A stretch of 64,000 nucleotides of DNA, from the NCBI GenBank assembly GCA_040954595.2, contig CM082595.2:4490137-4554136 (forward strand), in the 5' to 3' direction. The notes beneath the pieces were generated by a model. That model was not told the DNA's origin, did no database searches, and saw nothing but the letters and a program-made list of their open reading frames with translations. Below, piece after piece: positions 13,334 through 26,676 of this stretch. The stretch is from Balanoglossus misakiensis. Lineage: Eukaryota; Animalia; Hemichordata. Position numbers and translations under genes: made by a program. The number at the start of each line of letters is the position of its first letter. Within the stretch, counting starts at the first letter, position 1.

Positions 13334-15094
13334 GGGAAACGCTCGAGAACTGTGTACAGCACCGGGGCAGAGAGGAAAGGGCAGCCGGTGTCAGTTTGCC
13401 TAGTCGAATTGTCTGGCAGGGAGAGACGGGGAAGCCACGCTAGTCCGTGCTCACAGACGGGCTGCTATCATCCACCGTAGTCTACCCGGGACGGTCTAGC
13501 GTCGTATCGTTCAAACACATGATATGAGATCGTTCCCTCGTAACAAGGCGCCTGATGGGTCCCGCGTGCTTTACTGTTCACCGTCGGTTGCAACGTATCC
13601 GCTCGCTCGCTCGCTCGCTGTGCGGCTTCGGCGTTTAATTTTCTCCTCGGCTGTACACTGTGCCCAGCAGAGTGCCTGTGGCATGAAGCATACAAAGCTA
13701 TTTCAGCGGGGTGAAAGTTCACAAGCTGGGACGTGGTTCTAGAATATTCCAATATGTAAACCGGGGGTGTTGGCGCAAAACCTGAGGGTATGTGTACACA
13801 TACAATACGGGCGATACAAATTCAAATGCCCGCATCAGGAAATTAAAAAAAGAAAAAATAATTTGGTTAATGTCCATTGGTAATTAACAGTACTCAGCGG
13901 TCATATGTTTATTGTTCTTCAATATTTCTCGGTAGAAAGTGAAGCTTGTCGATGACTTTTGTCAGATGGATATCGCAAACGCGCAAAAGTCGAAAACAAA
14001 ACAACTCCTTAAGTAATACATGACCAATCACATTGAGCAAAACGAAATTGGTTCGGCCAATTATGGTACATGTACTGCTGTTGATGTATATGAGTAATCG
14101 ATTAATCGGTGTACTCGTTGTGTCGTAATCACCTTTTTGCCCCTTTTCGGTATATCTCTAACATAATATGGTTAAGCTAATTTAAACACAAGTACTACCT
14201 AAAACGAGCGAACCAACTTGATATTAATGGCATATCAACAGATGGAAATTGCAAGGTTCGTACCTAAGGTCGTTCAGGCGATACACACTTGTCAAGTCAC
14301 TCATCACAGAACGTCCACCCGAATAAATATAACCTTCATTTTATAATGTCCATCGTCAAGGGCGGGGAAGGGAATACAATTGTACGATGCTTACAGTGCT
14401 GTAACTCAGTTACCAGTTTATTTCCGCTTGAGACAATAAAGATGGGCGGGAAACCAAAAATGCGAGACTTTGTTTTTTATACTACGTTGGTCATCATTGA
14501 TGCCCGACACAGTGTCGTGGACATCTACGGTAGGATGAGGGCGCACTTAGTTGGGTATCACCCGACAACAGCGAGTGTACATGTATATAAAAGCGATTTC
14601 ATTTTCATTTTCCGCCCAGTTTTAAGAGTCTGAATTATCACAGATGAGAACAATCTGTTCACTTGGCAAGTGAGGGGATCCCTGTGTCCAATACGGGTCT
14701 GTGGTGAGAACGCACACTTCACATAAAATATTCTGTCTAAATATTCAAAGATACGGGACGTGTCATTTGCGCTGGTTGGTTATAAAAGCAACGCTGTTTT
14801 CTGTGATAATTTTAACCCCGAGATGTACTTATGCGGGCGAAATGACAAACAGTTTAATGTTGATCGAATATGCATAGCGCGTTCAAAAACAAAGCCGGTA
14901 AGAAGGCCTTCATGAATATGGAGGCAAATACTGTAATTTATGTTCCCAGTATCTCCGTTAATTAGTTTAGCCTAAATTAGATTGCAATCATTCATGGCCG
15001 TGCAGTGACCTCAACGATGACCAAGTCAAGGTCCAATGTGCCCTCTGACCGACCTCGCTGTGTGAATGAGAAATCTATACTAAACTAGATCATA

Positions 15095-15430
15095 CTAAGA
15101 AATTAAGACAAAACACAATAAATGCGGTAGCATAGCATGCGGTGGTTGTCTTATACCCACGAGACTGAACTGCTGTTTATTCCCAGGCTTTGACAATTCG
15201 TATGTATCGCCCCTCGCCTTCTTCGCGGCGTTGTCAATTACCTCAGTGGTGTCAGAACTGAGCTCCCTTTTCAACTGGGCCAACTCGCCGTCTACCACGG
15301 TCGAAATTGAACTGGTGATACTGGTAACGAGTGAAGCAACCCCTGGAGGAATTGCTGGTCCGGCCGCAGTAGTACCAGTAGTGTCGGTACTGCTGCCATG
15401 CCTTCAGGGTTTGCTGTAGCCATCGTGGAG
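15095..15430 (-). mobile_element. Probable relic of DIRS/Ngaro-type retrotransposon ORF1
   Basis: Low-complexity stretch, then a coiled coil (ELAQLKRELSSD), then KKARGDTYELSKPGNKQQF, resembling the K.KGN..QF motif I recall from invertebrate DIRS/Ngaro ORF1 proteins; truncated. Confidence 0.45.
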
Positions 15431-17037
15431 TGACAACCGAGACTGACAGACAAAGGACTTCTCACTCTATATATATATACGCACGAACACCTGTGAATCC
15501 AAACACCAACCAACGGAATTCACTTACGTAACGAATACATAATTATATGCTAATCTTACGCATATAATTATCCAGTTGTAGAGGGGTGTTGTGATAAGAC
15601 ATGGGGGATGACGTCACGACACAAACCCGCTCACCAATAAAGAGCTGATAATTCGCGCCATCATTCGTGTAGATAACACTGTAAACACCACATTTCACGT
15701 ACAGGTTAGTAATATTATTAATGAGATTTAATGGTATACGGTAACCTATGCAAATGTAGTCACAGTTAACCCGGAAATCTTGGATCAGGAGAAACTCAAT
15801 AGGCGGCCACGCAAAAAGAAATGCGCCCCCACTCGGTCTGTACCCTTCTCCTTGTACGTTTCCATATTCCATGAATTCAGCTTAGTGGCAAATCTTATCG
15901 TGGAATTTAAAGATCAACACATCAATCACTCTAAAAGGTCTGTTTTTTTAAGAAATTACACCTGTAACTATTAAAAAGAATATATTCGTCTTCCGTCTTT
16001 ACAAAAAAAACTGCGGTTCTGGAAAAGCTTTCTACAGAAATGTACAATGGCTGTTACTAATATAAATAAAAATATTATCATGAAGTCATTGACATTATAC
16101 TAATTACACACATCAATTTCCTAGCCGATAGAGTTGTCTGGACGTTTGTTAATTTACTGAACACAAAAATCATTCTGATATATTTTTAAATATAGAAAAT
16201 CTGAATGACCCTACATTAATGTACGGGAACTGAGGGTGTGAATACATATTCAATGATAAACTCTCTTCATGAAAATAAAATACTACTAATGCAATGAAAT
16301 GGAAACCTAGAATAAAATAAAATCCATCAAGATAACTTAAAAGGGTCATTTTGTCTGCATTTTCGACACAAATATGAATCGGCTAAAATAGCAAAGCACA
16401 TACCTATCCCTACATAAAATTAACTTCTACTTTTACACACTAAGTCAATATTCCGTCCAGTGACTATCGAACGACTAATAAAAAAATCGCAATTCTAGGC
16501 TCCGTACCGGAAGAAAGCAAAAATACAACAATCTATGCCATGTGCATATAAGCTGAATCCAAATATTTTTTAAATAATAGAATTCTGAAATCAAACTTTC
16601 ATAACAGCATTAAGTGTCAGACGCAGTACACTGTTTCCAAAATAAACACAGGCCTTCATTTTTCATAAAATGTTTCGAACTTACAAAAGGACCAAACGGA
16701 TCAAAGCCGCGTTCGTTTAAAAGTCAATAATGCTTTGATGCACACTTTGATTTGCAAAACATGTTTTTTTTCGATTTTATCAATAAGTGATACTATTTTA
16801 ATTAGTGGTGGTGATAGGCAACCAAAATCTTCAATATGATAGATCGCAGCATTTTACAAATATCTCAGCCTTCTCAGTTTGTACACATATCTCTCGTATC
16901 TCACGCTTGCTCGTATTCTTCAAATGCATAAGCCTATTAAGGAAATCAACCTAAATCAAAATAGTCCAAACAGCAGTCACGTGATGCCGCAGTCACCGAA
17001 ACGGGGTTCATCGCATCAACCCCTTCTTGTGACGTCA

Positions 17038-20000
17038 CTACGCCTCCGTGTAATACACCCTCTCATCGTGGTATATCTCTTTGTTTTCGTCGCACAATAG
17101 GAGTACGCCCCCGGCTCCCAGAAAGCACCAGCCTCCCCAGGCGACGCCGTAACACCAACCCAGCTCCCAGCCACCCCGGTAACGTACCACGTCGCCCTGC
17201 ATAAACATACTAGGGAACACTATCATGGCGATCAGTAAGAACAAACCTATGGAAGGAAGAAAGAAACAAAACATTCATGACATAAATTTAAATGGGGTCC
17301 ATTATGCCATACACTGTCGGCTTTTTGTTTGGCATGTCGGCAAAAACAACTGTCCGTTAATATTTCCACTATATAGTCTGAGGTTCACCTGGAGCTGGTA
17401 TTTTCTGTTCGATTGAACAGAATACTCTGTTTTGGTTACTTACAAGCACAGAAGAGTGTTATGGCCGCCACCTTGTAGAATAGATTCTCCTTGATAAAAT
17501 ACGCGACACACGCCAAGACGATAGCTCCCACATTGCAGAGGATGGTCAAGATAACGAACGCCTGGCACGATTGTAACCATGCTGGAGGTGAGGAAACAAA
17601 AGAAAAGAATTGTTAGCTACTGGCCACTGGTGGCGCAGCCTATAGCTAGCTTATCAATGCAGTGAACAAGTATAAACAATAGCCATTAATTGTGTGAACA
17701 TTCAATTAAAATCGGTATTCATTCAAGGTTTTACCAACAATGCTGATTATTACGCGTATGAAAAAAAAAAACATTGTGAAAATCGGACTGTGCATCCAAA
17801 ACTCTAGGTGTCCGTGACAAACAAAACAGACTGCTGAAAATGCCGAAAATTACAGCTATTTTCGACAGTTACGTTTAGTTTCCTGAAACACAGATCGGTG
17901 AAAAAATACGTGATTCAAAAGTTGGAAGAACGCCCACACAGGTTTACCTCGGGATTGTTTTTGATTTACCAATAAAACAGACAATCCTAAAGTAAGTAAC
18001 CTTGATATAAATTTTTTGTGCAGAATTATTGTTGCCGGCAAGGTACATCGATCTGATTTCCGGTAGTTTTCAATAACAATCGACCGGCCGTTTATTGATT
18101 AGCGCCGGAGGAAAGGTCGTTCACCGCGTAAAATAGTTCAGGCCGACGTCGTGCAAAGAGGTCAGACCACGACGGTACGTCCATGGTTGGACATAGGAGA
18201 ACTGCGAGTGAAAACTTGGAAAATATATTGAACAGTGCGCTTACATCAGCGAAACTGAAATCACAGGACATGTAATGAGAATATTTCAAATATCTGCGAG
18301 GAAACCACATGTATACTGATTCGACCACTTTACTGCAGTGTAACATGACGTCCATACTGGTTATGTATTCTGTTTTAGATACGTGCGGTTCCCCAAGAAA
18401 TTACTAATTTTAGAAGAATGCTAAATAATTCAATTTTCATTTTAAAAATGGGGACCCTTAGGCCTAAAAAATATTTCCAATTCCCAGTTTGGGACGCCTG
18501 TAGTATGTTTTATACTAGTACAAGCGTATACATCATACATGAACAATATATGCAGCTTGGAATTTACATTACAGCATTGTATACAATCAAAGCCAGTCCA
18601 CTCTCAGCGTTTTAATCAAGTGATGTATTCACACAGACTAATAATAACAGTAAAATCTGTTATTCAGTTAAACTGATTTCGACATGCCCGCAAAGCTGCA
18701 TTGTTATACAATGGAAATACATTAACGTAATCACGACGGTGTATTTGTGGTTTTGTCTGATGGCGATGGCCCAGACGGAAACGTGTTCCTTGGGAAGTCA
18801 ATGTACGCTGCTGACACAGACGCGATATTGACAACATTCTCAAAACAGTCTGGTAAAATGTAGGTCATAATTTGCTATAGCCTGCACGGTCTACTTGCAT
18901 GCTCGTATTGAACGTTCCTTGAGAAAGCTCGTAATACTTCTGCTAACGAGTTCGTGTTGATCCACAATTCTTGCATTGCAAGCAGACTGCAGTTTGCTTA
19001 TATCAAGAACGTGCGGTGGCAGAAGTCAACTCAAGCATGGATTACAAAGACTTTCAAGTTATTTGTAGCCTTACTGATGACCGATCCCCATTTAACTAAT
19101 TAACACCTAATTATCTCATTGGCGCTCGTGTGCTGCAGAGATTACATCATTGATTTCAAATAGCTACGTGTGGTCACGTACTGAATGGTGCATTTCCGAC
19201 CATCTGTATGATCATATATCTACACGGCGCGTAATACTAGTAGTCTTGGATGCATGTATAGTCAAGATCATGTGTTCACATCCGCGATATCAGTCCGAAG
19301 GCCCGGAAAACCCTTTCGGCGAGAATCGATTATCCTTCAATGACAGCCTTCTACCACCAGGAGACAACACTGACGTAACATATGCTCCAAGTCAATAGAA
19401 ATCCATTTAATGGGACGTTTGGTGACCGTGGCTGGATTTCGCCTTGGGTTTTAATAACATTTGAGTACCGGCTGCCTACGTGCATTTTCGAGGCAGGCTC
19501 GGACTGACACTAAAATGTACTGGGGTATTTTTGAAGGTGGGTGTGAGTACAAGCCCACCTCTTTTACCGACGAACATGATCGGTATGTTCTTCCTGCGTT
19601 CTTCTCGCAAATAATACATTGCGGTCAAACGATCTTCGCTGACCCAGTTTTGTTGTGACCGTGATAACTAATATCCAGACGTCTTCTATAAAAAAAACTT
19701 AAAACCGTGCTCATATGAACTGATGCGGAAAGTCCCGGTAGGATGTCTCCAACTTTGAATACGTGTATGAGAACACCAGCCCAGCTCGCACAGAACCGGC
19801 GACCTTTGAACGATGCATTCACAGCGTATTTTGAATACCTCTACAGTGTACAGGTCGTGTGCGATTGAATGACTGTAATTGTCACAGACTGTGTCAAGGA
19901 TGGTCAACTGCAATATCGATTTTGGTGTAAGCTTATTTACAACGCTCACGCTGGCTGAGGTTTTGAATGACCTTTCAGATTATTACAAAGGCCATCGTGG

Positions 20001-20560
20001 CTTAACAGTGGCAGTTTAACCTACTGTAGCCTGGCCTACAGTTCCAAAAAGTTGAAATGGCAAAATGAAAAATACAGAGATAGTGGCGATGTTTAATTCT
20101 GTCGTTAATTGTTTGAGCTTTGTTTCTACATATGGTACTGTCGTGCACATGTGCAGTACCAAGCTCAGGTGAGCAATGAACTGAACTAGACTCGTCCTGA
20201 GAGGTTCTGTCTGTCAATAGCCACAAGCACGGTCGCAAAGGGATGCGATTTCAACTGATACGAGGCATAGTTAATTCCAAAACACGCACGTTGAACCACA
20301 CACTAAGACTTACCAGTTAGCACAGCATCGTAACAGACGATTTCCGTAGTGGGCGTGGGCATCGACGTCACCCCGGGATCCCGGACGCGCGTCCCGTTGT
20401 AACATTCCTTCCACAACCCCATGTAAAAGCCCGGCGCCTGCATCCACCTGACGCCGATGCAGACAGCCAAGAGCAACGGGAGGGCGATGATTGCCGATAT
20501 GAAGCCGATCAGTCGAAGCGGTTTAACCACGGTGGTGGTAACCGTTGTTGTGGTGGCCAT
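17038..20560 (-). CDS. TMEM47: TMEM47/VAB-9-like tetraspan protein (PMP22/claudin superfamily), 197 aa; exons 20314-20560, 17444-17581, 17038-17246
   Basis: VVKPLRLIG N-terminus, W..GLWKEC..C first loop, WLQSCQA, and GWCYGVAWGG in TM4. GT-AG exons join in frame (594 nt). Confidence 0.85.
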
Positions 20561-21789
20561 TTTGGATTGAATATATCTCAACGTGCGTCCGCTGAACTAA
20601 CTTGCACGCAATGTATATATATATATATATATAGTGATGCGTTAAACTTCCAACTCCCGATTGCATCCAGTGACGACAGCCGAAACTTTGCCAGTAATAC
20701 GGATTTGGTCGACGATGGCGGAAGTAACAGAGCATGCGTCGGTCGCAGGGAGTGGTTCCGTGTCTGTCGGGTCGCGTATTTCTGACGCGAATATTTAGTT
20801 AATGATCCTTTGACCTCCGTTTAATACATGATGTATGGTAAACAATACATGTACTGTGGTACAATCTGGGGGACAGACCATTCCATTTACAGCGGGGGTG
20901 TAAAGTTGTGATACCCTTTTCTCGACTATTTGAATAACAAAACGGGCGAACCTAGAGCACAATTTGTTGATATTTTAACAGCTGACGTCAAATTCTATAA
21001 ATAAACACAATGACGAAAGTGCACATATTTCAGGGCACTCGTTGCATTTGAGTCGAGTCAACGTCCTGAAAGTTAGTACTGGTCAATCGTTAGAGGCGCT
21101 GTTCAACAACTTGGGAACTATCTGGGACATCTGTTCAGTGCTAATATTTTCTCGTGACAATTATATAAATTAAAAATAATATGAAAAATTGCACCTGTAT
21201 TCAGAAAATGTTTATGTAAGGGTAGTGCATCTGATATTTCTAATAAGTACTATTTTTAGCTTCTTTTCGATAGCATCTTCTCAATGTATATTCTGACTTG
21301 GAACTCATGAAAATGTATCAACATTTTGTGGTTTTGAACACGACAATCGAAATGCAGCTACTTTAAGGATTCTGCGCCGGTTTTAGTTGCCCACAGCCCG
21401 TTAAAGATGCGTCGTGATTCGGTGACTATAGCACAAAAAGCGCCAATACAAAGCGTTATACTTAGAAGACAATTTGAATAGGGAGAACAAATGCGCCCCT
21501 CTTCCAAAGAATCGTCTAATGGGCGTGATGCACAAAGAAATGTCTTCAAGCGAAGTCTCCACACCCAATATGGGTTAGAGGCGAATATGAACATTACGCT
21601 TTACTTTTTGATGCCCATTTTAGTTGACTTTGTTCTCATTGTGAATAGAGAGATAAATGCATTGTCGTCTTGGTCGGTCGTCGCCGTGCTTCGTGTCACG
21701 TCGCGGCAGAGCCATTTTGGATAACTTTCTCACCGGAGAAGCGTTTCCTCATATTGCGCAGAATGTCGTTCTCGAAATGCTCTGAAACC

Positions 21790-24700
21790 ATGGGCTTCGC
21801 AAGAAGCGTGTGTAAAGTCCTTCTGGTCGTGGCGATATTACGTTTGAAAGGTAAGTGAGAGAATATGTCTTGTTGACAGTAGACATATCCGACATTTGTT
21901 TGTTTGTTTTCAGATACGTGCCGTGTTTTATATAGGTAGTTAGCTCAGTATGCAATGTTCATGGGCGCGCGTGCGTTTCCCTTGATTAATCAAACTTGGG
22001 TGATTAATTAATTATTCAATTGTTTTCCTCCGAACCATTTTCCAACAGGTTTTGAAGCGGAAGCAGCGTCCACTGCAGCACCTACAGGTACGGCAACTTC
22101 TTCTCGTGCCAGTCACCCCCCCCCCCCCAAAAAAAAAAAATCAAATTTAATCTTAAACGTTTTCTCATAGACCACACACAACCTTCCATCCCGTTTGTAG
22201 GATATGAGAGTAAAAATGTCGCCAAAATGAATAAATGGTAAACACCGATTATTCATTTCCAGGAGTTTATCACTCTTGTGTCTACAAGCGGGATGGAAGG
22301 TGTGTGTGGTTGAACGTTGATTCACTATATATCCACATGCAGAATAACATAAACGGTGTCTTGTATCAAACATAATTAATGGAAAAGGGGCAGCGAGAGA
22401 GAGACTTTGTCCCCTTAATTAACACCGTTTCTACTGTAAATAACAAAAATCCTTTTCAATCCACCAGGTCCCAGTTTTATCACCGAACCTAGTGACGTCA
22501 CAGCTATGCCGGGCGAGACAGTGGTGATGACCTGCGCAGTCGCAGACAAAGAGGACATCGTCAGGTGGACTCACCGACCTGTAGAGGGCAGTTCTGGTAT
22601 TGTCAGCACCGACACGGTGATCGGCAGTCCATACGACAGCAGTGGACGATTTGCCGTTCTGAGTCCAAGAATCGATGTCGACTTCAATCTTGAGATCTCG
22701 GGCGTTACCAAAGAGGATGCTGGGAAATATCGATGCGCCATTTCGTATGTGAATAGTGAAAACGAAAGGAATTACATTTTATCGCGGGAGGCTATTCTGA
22801 CAGTGTTCGGTGAGTTTATGAAAGAAAAAGTTGCAGACGATCCCTTTAAAGATGGACGTTTGGTACAATTCGTAATGGCCACAACATTACACGTCAACGT
22901 TCGTTTCCATTTTTTCAGGATCTAAGCTTAATGCTAAGTTTCTCAATATCACTACATACAATTACTATTTTCAGAGCCAACCACTCGACAAACAACAACA
23001 GAACGGTTGACGACGAGATCTTGCGAGTTTGCCAACAGTCCACACGCATGCGCGGACACTCTCGCGGAGGACGACTACCAGGTGTCCTCGTTCGACGTCA
23101 CTTTCCAAAACATCAAATGGAGCGAAGAACTGGAGGATCCACAAAGTTGTGAATTTAGCAACGAGGCTGCACAGGTCACAGATATTGTAAGTGTACCATT
23201 GCTGTTATGGTATATATAAATTTCAATCAGATTTCTGAAATATGTATTCATGTGATTTCTATAAAATCAATGCTCTCTTTGTCACACACAGCTTATTATT
23301 TGATATTTTCCCATGTAGATATTTTCAAGTTTTGAATCCAGCCAGCTGAGTGGCCAAATCCAATGTATGACAATTAAACAATTCACCAGGTATGTAAAAG
23401 ACATATCTATCCACTCACTCACTCGCTCACTCACTCACTCACACACACACTTATCAGCGTATAAATTTCAGGAATGATTTTCACACTTTGTTAACACATT
23501 AATATGCATGCAACGCATGTCTTTTGTGATGAGAACTATTGTTATTTTATAGGCAAGACTTACAGAATGGCGAGTACGCTGTAAAGGTATATATTGACGT
23601 ACCAGTGCCTATTGATGGTGGTATCAGTAAAGCCGATCTGAATGCTGCTTTCCTGTGCGGGTTACTGAGGACTAATTCCACATCACAGCCTGAAAACTAC
23701 GAAGAACTTCTTGATCAGCATTGCAATTATGAAGGCAAGTATACAGCCACGGTATTGGTCAAATAGTCCATGCATTCATCTGTGTCTGTCTGTCTGTGTG
23801 TGTCTGTGTGTCTGTGTGTCTATTTATCTATCTATTTATGCAAACTAAACCACTGGTCTGTTTTGTGTCACATCTAGACCCGACCACAACCGCGCGGCCG
23901 GCACCGAGAATAACGACACCAACCCCGAAACCATCAACCCAACCGCCTTACATCGAAACCTGCCGACTAATCAGCGACCATCGGATGTGCTTTCGCCCAT
24001 CCGTGAAGCAAACCATCGTCGACATGATATTGTTAGTGGAAGGTTTCAAGTGGAAGAACGAACTCAATGACAGACGTGCTTGCTACTTCAACAACGTCGG
24101 CGTTAATATCAGCGACGCAGTGAGTGTTTTGATAACCGTATAGGCAATTATAGTGAGTGATTCGGGTTCATGGTTCATTTTTTTATTTCTGAACCCCTGA
24201 AACGTGATCTCCATATTTTGACAACCAAACAACATTTTCTGAATTATCTTAAAGTGATGATCAGTTTATTATTACTTTCAGCTGCACACCGTATTTGATG
24301 TGGAACCCATTAAGGGAGGTATTCGATGCTATTATCTTATAAAATACGAGTAAGTATACAGTTCTCTTGTGTCTATGTTTAATTGCTCGAAAAATATTAT
24401 CCTAAGTATTAGCTCGAAATATCAATGTCGTCTTGGCCAGGTAGCAAATGTGCTTGGCAAATCCCATGTTTCAAGTATCACACGGTCACTACACGAACCT
24501 TCAAAAACAGGCTCTACGGTATAGTTTGGCAAAGTGATTATTTCTACATTATATACAAATTCTGTTACATTGCCTACAAAAGGTTGGTCGAAGCGGGGTC
24601 ACCTGACCCCGACAGAGACGTCATCCGGGCGTTTTTGCAGTTTGGCGTTGCCAAGGAGGTGGGTGAGAATTTGACAGAATCGAGTGTCCATGCAGTGCTG

Positions 24701-25916
24701 ACGTCACAACTCAACACAACGAACGTATTTAGAGAGTATGGAGTCGATGTGAAACTACAACATGTCAAAGTCGACAAGGAAGAAACTCCAGGTTTGTTTG
24801 TTTTCTGATTACTGGTATCTTTTCTCCGGATAATGTTCGTGTCAAAACACATCAGAGTGGAAACATGGCAAAAATCGGCCATCTTGAGATTATGTCGACC
24901 ATATGAGATTCTCATCACTCACCTAAGTAGCAAAAACCCATTTAAGGTAGGGAGAATTGCTAGAGGACCTCCTGTCTTTGAATGCCATTCTCTTCATTAC
25001 GTTGCAGAGTACACTACGCCAGCACCGATCAGAGAAAGTGAGTACATTCATCGATTTTCTGTTCGTCGTATTACCACTAAAAATAAAGGAAATTTTCAGA
25101 ATATTTTACGTGGTTAATTGCAAATATGACATCATGTGATCGAGTAACGGTATTAATATTAGATAATTGCATGCTTACAATGTCACACTCAGAGAAAGAC
25201 AGGACCTTGTTCATAGTGATGCTTGTGGTCGGTGGTATTCTCCTCGTTACCATGGCAGTGTCCTCTGCCCGGCTGATCATCTACCGCATGACCCGTGTAC
25301 CCGAGAAGTACAAGAAGCAACTGGACGAGAAACGGGCTAGGGCCAATAAAGAGCGACAGCAGACGAGCGATGAGCAGCATCGGAGAGAGGACACGGATCA
25401 GGAATCCAAGAGCCGGGAAGAACGTGAACAACATCGTGGAGGAGAGCACAGGAAACAGGAGCCTCGTCACCTCAGGAATAACCAGGTATGTGAGTTTAAT
25501 TAACTACATGAACGAGAGAGAGAGACAGACAGACAGACAGACGGACAGACAGACGGACGCACATACATCACAATCAGTATTCATCTCAAGAGCACGGGGA
25601 ACATGAGCCTCACTGCCTTTGGAATAACCAGGTACTAGTATGTGTATTAAATTATGTACAAGGAGGATGACACCTGGCAGTTCCTCTCATCTAAACCGTG
25701 ACATTACTCTTGTAATTTCAGCAACCAGCGACAACGGGGGGTGTTGCTCCTCATGTCGTCCACCAGCCTCATAGGCATCCAGGCAGGGCGCCACCAGCGG
25801 CCCATGACCGCGCCCCTCACAATATGCAACCACGACCACAGACCAGGTCCCGCGAGCCGCCCACATATGCGCACTACCACACCAAAGGGAATCAACTACA
25901 TTTTGACAAGATATGA
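21790..25916 (+). CDS. Type I membrane protein: signal peptide, Ig domain, two Cys-containing SEA-like modules, P/T-rich linkers, TM, cytoplasmic tail with PPxY (about 12 exons)
   Basis: Exon 1 MGFARSVCKVLLVVAILRLK. Ig exon ~22468-22809 (C..W..FNLEISGVTKEDAGKYRC). SEA-like starts IKWSEELEDPQSCEF and FKWKNELNDRRACYF. TM LFIVMLVVGGILLVTMAVSSA. Last exon 25722-25916 in phase 0 reads ..REPPTYAHYHTKGNQLHFDKI*. Confidence 0.75.
22171..22418. mobile_element. Palindromic (foldback) MITE fragment with TTAA end, in an intron
   Basis: Nested inverted repeats 22171-22200/22282-22310 and 22225-22234/22249-22258; ends GTCCCCTTAA; second copy at ~59690-59909. Confidence 0.7.
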
Positions 25917-26676
25917 CGAGAATCATTCCCCGTCACCCACCGTCAAACTGTAAAGTAATTCTGTCTGCATATCAAACATAGGTGCCGGATAAGAGGCATA
26001 AAAGGGCCTCTGCGTGGACCTAAACCGTACAATCGCATACATGTATACGTTTTGACTTATACTCATACTTTATCAATGACTAGTCTTGGAATTATAATTT
26101 CCATTATAATACTAGTATTATACAACAGTGCTGTTTTTCCACAGTCATTCTTCAATTGAAGAGAAAGCATTTCATGTATTCTTATTCGTAAAAAGGGTCA
26201 ATTGAAAAGGTAGATTTAAGATTTTATGATTTTTCGTTCAAATAGTGGGTATTCTCAACTAATATAATGCAATAAATGGGATTCTGAACACGATAATATC
26301 GAGCATATCAACGGACTTGCACGTTGACGAGAATTTGAATCATTCGTCTGAAACAAGTTCATTGTCAAAGATGGTACAATTATTCATGGACGCCAACGAG
26401 TTATTTCGGAGGAATTTACCCTGCTCAGGCCATCAGTGAGTCGTTACGCAATTAGAGAGTCTCCATGCCACACGCCACAGTCTGTGCATGCACATGCAGA
26501 CAATTTCACAGCTCAGAAACAACAGGGGTGTTAATTGACCAGTGCTCGTGGCGGGTTCTCACTGCGTGCGAAGTCAATGAAGGTGATACTCTGCTCGAGG
26601 GAATACCCGGCTACCAACTGAGTCTACACCGACAATTGTGACGTCAACGCCGCCATGCGTCCGTTGGGATCCAGAT

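Noticed and set aside
22225-22258. Invertible DNA switch (spacer flipped versus the copy at 59715-59748)
   Set aside because: Sequence flanking the inner hairpin is also reversed, so it is a palindromic MITE inserted in the opposite orientation.
25741-25953. ORF-track frame ending ..SPTVKL as the Ig-SEA protein's PDZ-binding tail
   Set aside because: Splice phase from the preceding exon selects a different frame, ending at 25916.
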